A stretch of DNA of 64,000 bases, taken from positions 3,725 through 67,724 of the forward strand of contig CAYNPH010000034.1 in assembly GCA_964399035.1 (NCBI GenBank). Reading direction: 5' to 3'. Below the pieces are notes generated by a model. It had not been told where the DNA came from and made no database searches. It worked only from the letters and a program-made list of their open reading frames with translations. Numbering within the stretch: the first letter of the stretch is position 1; every line of letters begins with the position of its first letter. This document shows, one piece after another, positions 28,176-37,361 of this stretch. Source of the stretch: an uncultured Desulfurococcaceae archaeon. Lineage in GTDB: Archaea; Thermoproteota; Thermoprotei_A; Sulfolobales; NBVN01. Both the position numbers and the translations under genes were made by a program.

Positions 28176-28178
28176 CTC

Positions 28179-28958
28179 CTACTTAGACTTACACCTCATA
28201 ACAACTACGTAGACCCCACCACCCGTGGCCTCACCTATGAATAACATCTTGGTTCTCCCTATGCTACAGCATTTTTCTAAACCCTTAACTAGGGAGAGGG
28301 CCGCAGCTATGTGTCCCTTGAAGCCTGCCTTCAAGATTTCCTTCACAGGGCTCAAGTCAGCTGTCTTGAGTTTAAGGGACGCTATGGTCTTCTCAAGAAT
28401 CTTAGGTTTACTCATATATCCACTAACAACCTTAATTGCGGACATCCTGCTTCGGCTTCTAAACAACTTCTTGATTATCCTTGGGAGGTTGGATAGGGTT
28501 ATCTCTGAAAGGAGATCAGAGAGCGCCCTTTCGTCGGTGAGGGACGTCCTCATGAAGCCCATGAATTCCTTACGCACCTCATGCCTCAAGACATCGACTT
28601 TACCCTTCTTATGGAACTCTATGGCGACCGAGGCTGCGGGTGGCTCGCCCCTGACGACAACCATTACAGAGGGGACGCTTCGGATCGCCTGCTCTATACC
28701 ATCATCAAGGGAGTTAAGTACAGTTACTTTAAGCCCGCCCATTCCCAGCAACTCGGGAACCACGTGGAAGTCGGGAGGGTGGTTGTTAGTATCTGCCACG
28801 AAGATAAGGTGGGTGTTGGGGGTTAAGTTGACCCTGCTGAGGACTTCGTAAGCCATAGTGATTTCATCCTCATCTATTGCGGGGGACGGCACCCTCCTGC
28901 CGTCGACTTCGGCAGTATTGGAGGGTGTGTACGTCGCCCAGTCTCTGATTGATGCCAT
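28179..28958 (-). CDS. Shortened, catalytically degenerate HMG-CoA-synthase-like (thiolase-fold) protein
   Basis: 259 aa in the operon slot normally held by a ~350-aa HMGCS. It retains IDEDEITMAYE (cf. DEDxxTMAxEA), PPAASVAIEF, GHIAAALSLVKGL (cf. GNxYSASxxLxL) and a GEATGGG... C-terminus. The active-site Cys context (ACxAGT) reads NSLDDGIEQ. The 3-nt gap to the thiolase gene suggests co-translation. Confidence 0.5.
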   Translation of the reverse strand: MASIRDWATYTPSNTAEVDGRRVPSPAIDEDEITMAYEVLSRVNLTPNTHLIFVADTNNHPPDFHVVPELLGMGGLKVTVLNSLDDGIEQAIRSVPSVMVVVRGEPPAASVAIEFHKKGKVDVLRHEVRKEFMGFMRTSLTDERALSDLLSEITLSNLPRIIKKLFRSRSRMSAIKVVSGYMSKPKILEKTIASLKLKTADLSPVKEILKAGFKGHIAAALSLVKGLEKCCSIGRTKMLFIGEATGGGVYVVVMRCKSK

Positions 28959-29166
28959 GGATCCCTAACCTAAGTCGAATATGGGGGCTCCCTTTTTATT
29001 GTTTAGGTTTTTGTTGAAGGTCGGTATAAACAATTGTCTATAATTCTCTACCTGAGTAGGGACAGATAATTAACATTGCTGGTTAGCGATGTGCCTAAGG
29101 GATAATTAACGTAACGGTCATGCTTTTAATGAAACGCATTACTCAGAGTACAGGTAGGGTCGGTCA

Positions 29167-30204
29167 TTGAGTAGAGTGAAGTACTCGAAGCGGCTGACAG
29201 TGATGGGGATCATTATAGGGGTGATTGCGTACGCTGTAATATTTCTCTATATATATAAGGGACATTTCCTAGAGTTCTTTTACATAGTATCCAGAGGTGA
29301 TGTTGAGGACGCGGTAATAGCTTACGTCGCTAGGGTTGCCGCCATAACCTGTCACGCCTTGACCTGGTGGGTAATAATCAGAACCTTCAGGAAGGTTAGC
29401 CCGTTAAAGATACTTGAGATAACGTTCGCCGCTATATTTGTTGAGTTTGTGGTGCCTGTAGGCGGTGCGACAGAGGTTGCCAAGTTATTCCTCGTACTTA
29501 AGCTAGGGTCGCTAGATAGGGAGGAAGGCATAGCGTCAATACTAATGCATAGGCTCGTAGCATCGCTCACGATCTTCGTGACTACCCTAGTATCTCTCAT
29601 AGTAATCAGTGCCCCACCCATACTCTTCATAGTCCTAGGTCTCCCAGCATTAGGTCTCCTTCTCGTTAACATGGGTGTCTATGTGCTTCCTAAATCAAAG
29701 AGGGTCGAGCACCTTGCTGATAGGTTTTTCTCTAGGTTCGGCATCAGCGTCACTGGATTTGCCGAGAACTACAAGTTATGCATGGCAAAGATAAAGAAAT
29801 ACAAGAAGTTCCTCATACTAGCCACGCTTATGGCGTTCGGCGAGAGATTATCTAATGCAGTCTTCGGGATGGCTGTGGCGGGGATTGCAGGCACCCACTT
29901 AGGTTTGCCGCAAGCCTTCCTAACGTTTGATTCCCTCTACACAATAATCTGGCTACTACCAGCCATAACGCCTGGAGGTATCGGGATATTCGAATTCATT
30001 CAGATGCTTCTCCTCAGCTATATAGGTATCGGAGTGCAGGAAGCGGCAACAATGAGCATCGTGTCAAGGATATACTACGTTGTCGGCGAATACCCACTAT
30101 TCATTGCGGCTGTGGCGGCGTTAGGATACAGTGTTAAGTCCTTCATACGTCAAGCCTTTGGCGGAGGTAATAGCCAGCAGGGAGGGGGCGTAGGTCTTAA
30201 GTAG
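29167..30204 (+). CDS. Polytopic membrane protein (UPF0104 / lysyl-phosphatidylglycerol-synthase-TM-region-like, flippase-like)
   Basis: 345 aa, ~8 TM helices, TTG start. The family call is from general appearance only. Confidence 0.5.
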   Translation: MSRVKYSKRLTVMGIIIGVIAYAVIFLYIYKGHFLEFFYIVSRGDVEDAVIAYVARVAAITCHALTWWVIIRTFRKVSPLKILEITFAAIFVEFVVPVGGATEVAKLFLVLKLGSLDREEGIASILMHRLVASLTIFVTTLVSLIVISAPPILFIVLGLPALGLLLVNMGVYVLPKSKRVEHLADRFFSRFGISVTGFAENYKLCMAKIKKYKKFLILATLMAFGERLSNAVFGMAVAGIAGTHLGLPQAFLTFDSLYTIIWLLPAITPGGIGIFEFIQMLLLSYIGIGVQEAATMSIVSRIYYVVGEYPLFIAAVAALGYSVKSFIRQAFGGGNSQQGGGVGLK

Positions 30205-30272
30205 CTTAATAGCAACATAGTTGCATTGACCTTATTAAGGCACTCAACCAAGTTCTTTAGGTGCGTTAAAGG

Positions 30273-30638
30273 TTGGCTGTGAGTAAGGAGGAGATACGGA
30301 GAAAGGTCATTGAAGCCTTAAAGCAGGTTTACGATCCGGAGATACCGATTAACGTATGGGACTTAGGACTAATTTACGATATTAACGTAAGTGACGATGG
30401 CGTTGTGAACATCAAGATGACACTCACCGCACCGGGTTGTCCTCTCGCGAACATGATAGCTTACAGAGTCTACCTAGCGGCTCAAAGTGTCGAGGGCGTC
30501 AAGGACGTGAGTGTGGACGTCGTATTTGACCCTCCATGGGATCCAACCAAAATGACGCCTGAGGGGCGCCGGAAGTTCAAGGAATTAATGGGGTATGATA
30601 TCGTAGAAGCGTATGAAAGTAGGAGGGGAGGGAATTGA
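30273..30638 (+). CDS. DUF59/MIP18-family Fe-S cluster assembly protein (SufT-like)
   Basis: VYDPEIPINVWDLGLIYDI...IKMTLTAPGCPLA is the family signature. Confidence 0.85.
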   Translation: MAVSKEEIRRKVIEALKQVYDPEIPINVWDLGLIYDINVSDDGVVNIKMTLTAPGCPLANMIAYRVYLAAQSVEGVKDVSVDVVFDPPWDPTKMTPEGRRKFKELMGYDIVEAYESRRGGN

Positions 30639-31147
30639 GTCCTGTTGAAGAGCATAGGAAAGCCGCAGAAAGCTTCGTGGTCCGCTTCTGCACCATTGTG
30701 ACGAGCGATGCGGTCTTCGAGGGGCGGCGACAGGATGAAGTCACACCGCTCGTGGCTTCCTTAGTAACTGATGCTGGACACATACTCATCAATGCCGTCA
30801 TCGTTCCGAATAAGCGTGAGGAGATAAGGAAGGCTATCGCCGTAGCATCAAAAGAGTGCGATGTGGTCGTAGTCACCGGAGGTACAGGGATAAGCCGAAA
30901 GGATTTGTCCGTAGATGTTGCAAGGGAATTATGTGTTAAGGATTTACCTGGGTTCGGGGAGCTCTTCAGGTACTTAACGTTCATCAAGCACGGTACGGCG
31001 GCAATAGCTACGCGTGCGTTTGCCTGCGTTGCTGATTCCGCACTAGTCTTTGTTACGCCAGGCTCTAAGGACGCCGTCAGAATGGCTCTTAGTGATCTAA
31101 TCTTGCCTGAAGTTAAGCACCTTGTATACGAATTAAGAAAGTCCTAA
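30635..31147 (+). CDS. moaB: Molybdenum cofactor biosynthesis protein B (MoaB/MogA family)
   Basis: VVVTGGTGISRKD and PGSKDA motifs. 4-nt overlap with the preceding gene. Confidence 0.85.
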   Translation: MSPVEEHRKAAESFVVRFCTIVTSDAVFEGRRQDEVTPLVASLVTDAGHILINAVIVPNKREEIRKAIAVASKECDVVVVTGGTGISRKDLSVDVARELCVKDLPGFGELFRYLTFIKHGTAAIATRAFACVADSALVFVTPGSKDAVRMALSDLILPEVKHLVYELRKS

Positions 31148-31205
31148 GTAGCTCGGCAACTATAGACAATTATTTCCCCAATCTAACCTCTTAGGGGAAT
31201 TAAGC

Positions 31206-32063
31206 TTGAGTGCTGGGTTAAAGGCATACGTTTCAGTCGACCTTGAAGGTATCCCTGGCGTCGCGGGTTTGTTGCAGTTAATCCCCGGTCAGCCACTCTA
31301 TAGTGACGCTAGGAAACTAATTACATTGGTGGTGGACTCTGTTGCTGAGGAACTCTATAAATGCGGGTTCGAACGCGTGATCATAGCTGACAGTCATGGA
31401 TACATGACTAACATTATCTATACGGATCTCAGAACTAGTGCCTGGCTCCTTCAAGGATTCCCGAGACCTTTCTCGATGGTGCATGGTTTGGAGAAAGAGA
31501 AATATGATGCCGCCTTCTTTATTGGTTATCACGCCCCGGCAGGTTCAAGTGAGGCATACCTTAGCCACACGATGAGTTCATCCACAATTCAGAGGGTCTA
31601 CGTGAATGGGGAGCTGGCAAGCGAATACTACCTTAACGCCCTATATGCGGGTGAGTATGGTGTGCCAGTAGTGATGGTTGCTGGTGATGAGGCGTTAAGG
31701 GAGCATGTGAGGAAGCATACTCCCTGGGCGGTGTTCGTACCGCTGAAGAAGGGAGTTGCATGGTCGGCATCCATTAACCCGCCATTACGCGAGGTGATAG
31801 AGAGGCTTAGGGAGGGCGTGAGGGAGGCATGGGACATTCTGAAATCTGGTGAGGCACGCCCACTTAAGCTCAATAACGGTGCGGAAGTGCTGATTGAGGT
31901 TAAGAGGGAGGTTGTGGCTGAGCTGGCGAGCCTCATTCCGGGCGCTGAACGCATCGACGCGTTCACGGTTAGGTTCAGGGCTAAGGATGCCGTTGACGTG
32001 CTTAGGTTTGTGGAACTAATGACTTTCTTGGGCGCGGCTGCTAAGACGTTATTACCGAAATAG
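31206..32063 (+). CDS. M55-family D-aminopeptidase (DppA-like)
   Basis: YVSVDLEGIPGV N-terminus, IADSHG and GYHAPAGS motifs. Confidence 0.75.
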   Translation: MSAGLKAYVSVDLEGIPGVAGLLQLIPGQPLYSDARKLITLVVDSVAEELYKCGFERVIIADSHGYMTNIIYTDLRTSAWLLQGFPRPFSMVHGLEKEKYDAAFFIGYHAPAGSSEAYLSHTMSSSTIQRVYVNGELASEYYLNALYAGEYGVPVVMVAGDEALREHVRKHTPWAVFVPLKKGVAWSASINPPLREVIERLREGVREAWDILKSGEARPLKLNNGAEVLIEVKREVVAELASLIPGAERIDAFTVRFRAKDAVDVLRFVELMTFLGAAAKTLLPK

Positions 32064-32067
32064 TGGA

Positions 32068-33315
32068 TTACTCCTCTTCCCCCTCCTCACCGCCAACCTC
32101 TTCCGACTCGGTACTGTATTTCTTCATGAAGTCCATTAAGTCCTCCTCCAATACAATCGGGTACATTATCAGGAGCGCGTCACCCGGCTCGGCATCAAGC
32201 TTACCGATGTTGTACGGCGTGATAGCTATCCAGTCACCCTGCTTCTTAACGGCTAAGACCGTTGCCCCCAGCTCCTCAAGCTCGTCTGCTAGCTTAGCTA
32301 TGTTCACCTTCGACGCGACATAGAATAACCGAACTTTCTCACCTGACCCCTCAACCATGCGTGAAAGCACTTCCTTGTACTCATCCTTCGCCGGAAGTGT
32401 CAACGCGTACGCGAACGCGTCCGTAACGTCCTCAAGCCTGGTTACTAGCGTGAGGAGTGAGAACTTGTCTTTGGAGTCAAGGTTGTTGGAGTCCATGATC
32501 ATCTCTGAAACTTTCAGCCTTAGCTTATCGAAGAACATCTCTATCTCCATGACCTCCTCTATCATTTCAGGATCTTGGGCCTTGAGCTGGTAATGTGCTA
32601 AGTCATTGAGTAGGTTTATTATGTCTATCATGGAGTCTATGTGACTCATAATTGTCTCTATCCCTGACGGAGGTTCCATGCCAGTTATCTCCTCCATTCC
32701 TATGGATCTTAGTAGATCGTTCACGTTCTCTTTCACACCTGAAAAGTAAACTACGTCACCTGGGCGTACAACCTCATCCTCATCGGGGATCAGGATCCAC
32801 GCTGACTTCCTTAGTATAGCTATTGGTTCAACAGCATATTCCTCTTGAATCCACCCCATAGTTTTGCCTGCCAACTTACTCCCGGGCACCTTAGCCCTGA
32901 TCACGTCGCTTAAGAAAACATAGTATCGGTAGAGTTCGTTGCTGGGCCTGTAACCCATTAAAGTTAGGAACGCTAGGTCTTTGAAGGCATCGGTTATCTT
33001 GTCTACCCCTAGGACATAGATGTAGAGTGGGAGTGAGCCCATAGCCTTACTTATGTTGTGCCCCACTGTCAGAGAGGCGTGTATGAGTAGCTGGTAAGCA
33101 GTATTGTCAATGGTGTTCTCGAGTTCAATGATGTGCTTAGCTACAGTCTCCTCCCCTGAGAGGTAGGAGTACGTGCCTAACTCAATTATGGTTTTCAGGT
33201 AGAGGTTTAGTGCGTGTAAGGCGTCAGTGACAGTTATAGGTTCATATTTCACGGGTTCATGCTTCAAGTGCAATCTTTTATGTAGGTCCTCCTCCTTACT
33301 GGGCCATCTACTCAT
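32068..33315 (-). CDS. Regulatory protein with helical (PhoU-like) segments and two TrkA-C/RCK-C domains (COG3273-like)
   Basis: Two TrkA-C-like blocks (...ILRKSAWILIPDEDEVVRPGDVVYFSG... and ...AVKKQGDWIAITPYNIGKLDAEPGDALLIM...) are separated by helical regions. Acidic C-terminus. Low GC. Confidence 0.5.
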   Translation of the reverse strand: MSRWPSKEEDLHKRLHLKHEPVKYEPITVTDALHALNLYLKTIIELGTYSYLSGEETVAKHIIELENTIDNTAYQLLIHASLTVGHNISKAMGSLPLYIYVLGVDKITDAFKDLAFLTLMGYRPSNELYRYYVFLSDVIRAKVPGSKLAGKTMGWIQEEYAVEPIAILRKSAWILIPDEDEVVRPGDVVYFSGVKENVNDLLRSIGMEEITGMEPPSGIETIMSHIDSMIDIINLLNDLAHYQLKAQDPEMIEEVMEIEMFFDKLRLKVSEMIMDSNNLDSKDKFSLLTLVTRLEDVTDAFAYALTLPAKDEYKEVLSRMVEGSGEKVRLFYVASKVNIAKLADELEELGATVLAVKKQGDWIAITPYNIGKLDAEPGDALLIMYPIVLEEDLMDFMKKYSTESEEVGGEEGEEE

Positions 33316-33380
33316 CCTACCCTTCCAAACCTCCTCAAACCTAAATACCTCGGTGGATTTAAAGTATTATCTAGATAGCC

Positions 33381-33400
33381 TTATTTACTTATTTACTTAC
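33381..33400. repeat. Short tandem repeat TTATTTAC x2.5
   Basis: TTATTTAC TTATTTAC TTAC lies in the AT-rich spacer between two - strand genes. Confidence 0.7.
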
Positions 33401-33434
33401 CTTGAATTATTCTTGGATCCCGTTGGTGGCGTGC

Positions 33435-34091
33435 TCACCTCGTTTTAAGCAATTCGTTAATTATCTCTGTCTTAAATATGTAGGTGCTGTAGGCTTTGGA
33501 GAATATTTTCGATTTACCTATATATAGGTGAGCTTGTCTGTCTTTAACATTTAAGCCAACAAGAACATGTACTGGTTGCCATGACGTCGGGGGTATGGGT
33601 TCATCTAGGCATAACTCCTTCAAGATGTCCCTAAGTATTGTTAAGTTAGCTTGGAGAATGCGGGCACGTATTCTTGTTTTGGGTTCTATAAATGGGAATC
33701 GAAGAATGTTTCTTCGTTGGCGTAACTCAAAATACTTCTCGGGAACATCTTTTTCCAGTAATTTGAGACCTACTAACGGTTGTGAGATAGCGTTCCACAC
33801 TCTGGATGCATCAGAAAGTAGCCCGGACATTCCTTGCTCGACGCATTCAATTATTCTAGCATTGAATGATGGTTCTCTCACGACCTGAGTGTTCTTGGGT
33901 AATCTCCTCATTAGAAGGAACCTAGCGACGCTGGAGTTGAGTTTAGGGGCAACATAACAATCAATGAGGTACTTATCCTCCCGTCCTCTGCACCCGCGGA
34001 ATTCAGCTATCGCGGCTGGTAACCAAACAAATGTTAACCTGCGCCGTTCATCGGCGCTGCCGGGTTCGGCCCATATGAACGTCGTGGACAC
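33435..34091 (-). CDS. Hypothetical protein (218 aa), no recognisable family
   Basis: Long ORF with its own TATA-like box (34113-34130, - strand), divergent from pheS. Low GC (~38-45% by hand count of four 60-nt lines). Confidence 0.5.
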   Translation of the reverse strand: MSTTFIWAEPGSADERRRLTFVWLPAAIAEFRGCRGREDKYLIDCYVAPKLNSSVARFLLMRRLPKNTQVVREPSFNARIIECVEQGMSGLLSDASRVWNAISQPLVGLKLLEKDVPEKYFELRQRRNILRFPFIEPKTRIRARILQANLTILRDILKELCLDEPIPPTSWQPVHVLVGLNVKDRQAHLYIGKSKIFSKAYSTYIFKTEIINELLKTR

Positions 34092-34178
34092 CGTTGAGAG
34101 GATTCCTTCGGCTCTTAAAGGTATTTATGGAGGGTTAACCGTTTTATTTCTCTTCATGACTCGTAGGGTGGCGAGGTA

Positions 34179-35693
34179 GTGCCAGTTATGGAGGAGGAAA
34201 GAGTGCTCCTTCCTGAGCGGCAGTACGACCTAGTTAAAGCACTGGAACGTATGGGGGGAAGAGCCGAAGCCTCGCAGCTCGCGGAAGCTGTCGGCAGGAA
34301 GCAAAGCGACATAATGAGGGACCTAGCCGAGCTTGAATCCAAAAAATTAGTTAAGGTTCTCCGGGTTAAGACCTGGCACGTGTGCCTCTCACCCGACGGG
34401 GTGAGGTACTTAAAGGAAGGATTGCCGGAGGAGAGGTTACTCAAAATCGTTGAGGCACGAAGGGAATTCCCGTCGGTCAAGGAGTTAGCTAAGGCCTGCG
34501 GTTTAAGCGGGAAGGAGTTCGCCGCGGCCTTCGGTAGGCTAAGGAAACGCGGCGTAGTTAAGGTTGTTTCGGGTAAAGTTGTTTACTCCGGCGATGGTGT
34601 TGAGGAACTACTGAGTGACGTGGGAAGGACGAAGGAGTTACTGAAGAGCATCTCAGAATGTATTCAGGTGCGCGAGCTACCTGAATGGGTGGCAGAGCTT
34701 AAGCGGCGTGGTATGGTTGAGGTCACCGAGAGCAGGGTCATAGAGGTTGAGGCTACGGAAACCCTCAGGGAACTACTTAGGGCGGGGAGGGTATCTAAGG
34801 CCCCATTAATAACTAGGATCACGTCAGAGGTCATCGTGAGCGGTAGGTGGAAGGGGGCGATACTTAAGGAATTCGATCTCAGCATTGAGGTTCCCGTGAA
34901 GTACCCTAGCAGGAAGCACCCCTACGTCGAGTTCCTTAACCATGTTAGGGAGGTTGTCGAATCAATGGGTTTCGTCGAGGCTAAAGGGCCACACGTGGAG
35001 ACCGCCCTCTGGAACTTCGACGTCCTCTTCGTCCCACAATACCACCCGGCTAGAAGGGAGAGCGACGTTTACTTCGTCGCCGGGGAGACTATAGGTGTTG
35101 CACCCTCTGATGTGCTGGAGAGGACGCGGGAGGTCCATGAAAGAGTGTGGAAGTACAGGTGGGATCCTCGGGAAGCCTTAAGGCTCGTTCTGAGAACCCA
35201 CACAACACCCGTGTCCATGAGAACCATATACTCTAGGAAGGAGGGGGAGTACAGGGTATACTCCCTAGACAGGGTCTTCAGGCCGGACACACCCGACCCA
35301 ACCCACTTAATGGAGTTCCATCAGCTCGAGGGCATAATTGTCGGGAAGCGCGTGACGTTTAAGCACTTACTGGGGTTCTTCAAAGAGTTCGCTAAGAGAC
35401 TAGGGTTAGGGGAGGTGAGGTTCAGGCCCGCTTACTTCCCCTTCACGGAACCCAGTGTCGAGGGATACATAAAACACCCTAAGCTCGGGTGGATAGAGGT
35501 GTTCCCTGGAGGCATGTTTAGGCCGGAGGTACTTTACGCTGTCGGGCTGAAGGACCATAACGTCGCGGCATGGGGTATAGGCATCGACAGGATAGCGATG
35601 ATGGTCCTAAAAATAAATGACATCCGCGACCTCTACACTAATAACGTCGACATAATCAGGTCAACACCGCTCCCAAGGGAGGTGATGCGTTAA
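34179..35693 (+). CDS. pheS: Phenylalanine--tRNA ligase alpha subunit
   Basis: Archaeal-type N-terminal winged-helix repeats plus class II core (HPARR, FRPD...H..EFHQLEG, GIGIDR). Start is GTG 34179 or ATG 34188. Confidence 0.95.
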   Translation: MPVMEEERVLLPERQYDLVKALERMGGRAEASQLAEAVGRKQSDIMRDLAELESKKLVKVLRVKTWHVCLSPDGVRYLKEGLPEERLLKIVEARREFPSVKELAKACGLSGKEFAAAFGRLRKRGVVKVVSGKVVYSGDGVEELLSDVGRTKELLKSISECIQVRELPEWVAELKRRGMVEVTESRVIEVEATETLRELLRAGRVSKAPLITRITSEVIVSGRWKGAILKEFDLSIEVPVKYPSRKHPYVEFLNHVREVVESMGFVEAKGPHVETALWNFDVLFVPQYHPARRESDVYFVAGETIGVAPSDVLERTREVHERVWKYRWDPREALRLVLRTHTTPVSMRTIYSRKEGEYRVYSLDRVFRPDTPDPTHLMEFHQLEGIIVGKRVTFKHLLGFFKEFAKRLGLGEVRFRPAYFPFTEPSVEGYIKHPKLGWIEVFPGGMFRPEVLYAVGLKDHNVAAWGIGIDRIAMMVLKINDIRDLYTNNVDIIRSTPLPREVMR

Positions 35694-37354
35694 TGCCGAT
35701 AGTCGAGGTATCGCTCACAGACCTTCAGAGGCTTGCCATGAAAAGCATAAACAGCGAAGACCTACTGAAGGCGCTGGAACTAATGAAGGGGGAGGTGGAG
35801 GAGGTCAGCGGTGACAGTATAGTCTTCGAGGCAAGCCACGACAGACCAGACCTATTCTCGGCCGAGGGCCTCGGGAGAGCACTACGGTACCTATTAGAGG
35901 TTGAGGAACCCCCCAGCACACCCCCGGTGAGCGACGATGTAGCTGAGCTCAGGATAGTTAACCCCCCAGAGTATAGGCCTTACGCATACATATCCATAGT
36001 TAAGGGTGTTAGACTGGACGATGAAGCCATAAGGCAGCTCTTCCAGCTTCAAGAAAAGCTACACGCCACATACTGCCGCGACAGGGCGTTAGTGTCCATA
36101 GGTCTCTACGACTTAGATAAGGTGAAGCCCCCAATAGTTTACACGTCAGTTAGTGAGGGTCGCTACGTCCCGCTAGGCTACTCCGAGGAGATGAGCCTCA
36201 AGGAGATCCTCGAGAAGACAGAGAAGGGTGTGAAGTACGCTCACCTAGTTAAGGAGGGAGAATACCCCCTACTCACAGACTCCGAAGGCCAGGTATTATC
36301 ATTCCCCCCGATCCTAAACGCGGAATGGAATAAAGTCACCCCGGAAACCAAGAACGTGATCATAGACGTGACCGGTACTGAGCCCCACCTAATGATGCGT
36401 GTGCTGAACGTTGTAACCTACGCAGTCCTCGAGAGGAGCTACGGCAGGGGACTCATAGTAAGGGCGAGGATAGTTGGTGGAGCCCCAGATAACCCGTATC
36501 CGGTGACTCCTTACCTAGAAGGGAAGTCATTCAGCGTTCACGTTGATGACGTGGAGTCCCTTCTCGGTCTACGGGTGAGTGTCGAGGACATGCCTGCACT
36601 ACTAAAGCGCATGGGATACGCGATCACATCCGCTACCGCAGACGGCGTTAAGGTCTGGGTACCGCCCTACAGGGTTGACGTACACGGTGTCGTAGACATT
36701 GTCGAGGACCTCGCCATCTCGTACGGGTACAATGACCTACCCACGGAAACATTACCTCCGACGCATTTCAGCGGTAGGTCAAGTATAGAGCGCCTAACGA
36801 TGGTCGCCAGAGACCTAATGGTTGGCTTAGGATTTGACGAGGTCGTGAACTTTATGTTAATAGACCCCGACATCCTGAGGTTAGTCACGGACGATCCGTT
36901 CATTACCGTTGCGAACCCGAAGATGAAGACCTACTCAGCCCTCAGGAACTGTATGCTCGCCTCAATACTGATTACGGGTAAGGTGAACTCGGAGAGGATG
37001 GGTGAGGTTGAGGTTTTCGAGGTAGGGGATTACGTAATCCCCAAGCAAAGCGGTGCTGAAAGCGTGCGTGGGATGGCGTTCCTGCTCATGGGCGATAAGT
37101 ACACACTCACCGATGGATTGGTAATCGTTAAGTCCATAGCCCTAACGCTAGGGCTAGGGTACAGGTTCGCACCGTACGACGGCAGGCCATACATCCGCGG
37201 GCGCGCAGCAAAGGTCTTCCTAAATAATACGGAGGTCGGGCGAGTAGGGGAGGTACACCCGGAGGTTCTAGTGAAGCTGGGGTTAACGAAGCCCGTGGTT
37301 GCTGGTGAGATTAACTTAACTAAGATTCTTCATGAAATCATTGAGGACGAGTAG
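35693..37354 (+). CDS. pheT: Phenylalanine--tRNA ligase beta subunit
   Basis: 553 aa, archaeal beta-subunit architecture (B3/4, B5 domains). TAATG overlap with pheS. Confidence 0.95.
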   Translation: MPIVEVSLTDLQRLAMKSINSEDLLKALELMKGEVEEVSGDSIVFEASHDRPDLFSAEGLGRALRYLLEVEEPPSTPPVSDDVAELRIVNPPEYRPYAYISIVKGVRLDDEAIRQLFQLQEKLHATYCRDRALVSIGLYDLDKVKPPIVYTSVSEGRYVPLGYSEEMSLKEILEKTEKGVKYAHLVKEGEYPLLTDSEGQVLSFPPILNAEWNKVTPETKNVIIDVTGTEPHLMMRVLNVVTYAVLERSYGRGLIVRARIVGGAPDNPYPVTPYLEGKSFSVHVDDVESLLGLRVSVEDMPALLKRMGYAITSATADGVKVWVPPYRVDVHGVVDIVEDLAISYGYNDLPTETLPPTHFSGRSSIERLTMVARDLMVGLGFDEVVNFMLIDPDILRLVTDDPFITVANPKMKTYSALRNCMLASILITGKVNSERMGEVEVFEVGDYVIPKQSGAESVRGMAFLLMGDKYTLTDGLVIVKSIALTLGLGYRFAPYDGRPYIRGRAAKVFLNNTEVGRVGEVHPEVLVKLGLTKPVVAGEINLTKILHEIIEDE

Positions 37355-37361
37355 AGGTCAA

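Noticed and set aside
28225-28851. 208-aa + strand ORF covering most of the HMGCS-like gene
   Set aside because: It is an S/T/L/R-rich shadow ORF. The - strand frame carries thiolase-fold-like motifs and sits 3 nt from the thiolase gene.
32063-32323. 86-aa Ser-rich + strand ORF
   Set aside because: It is antisense to the acidic C-terminus of the TrkA-C-type gene and is a low-complexity artefact.
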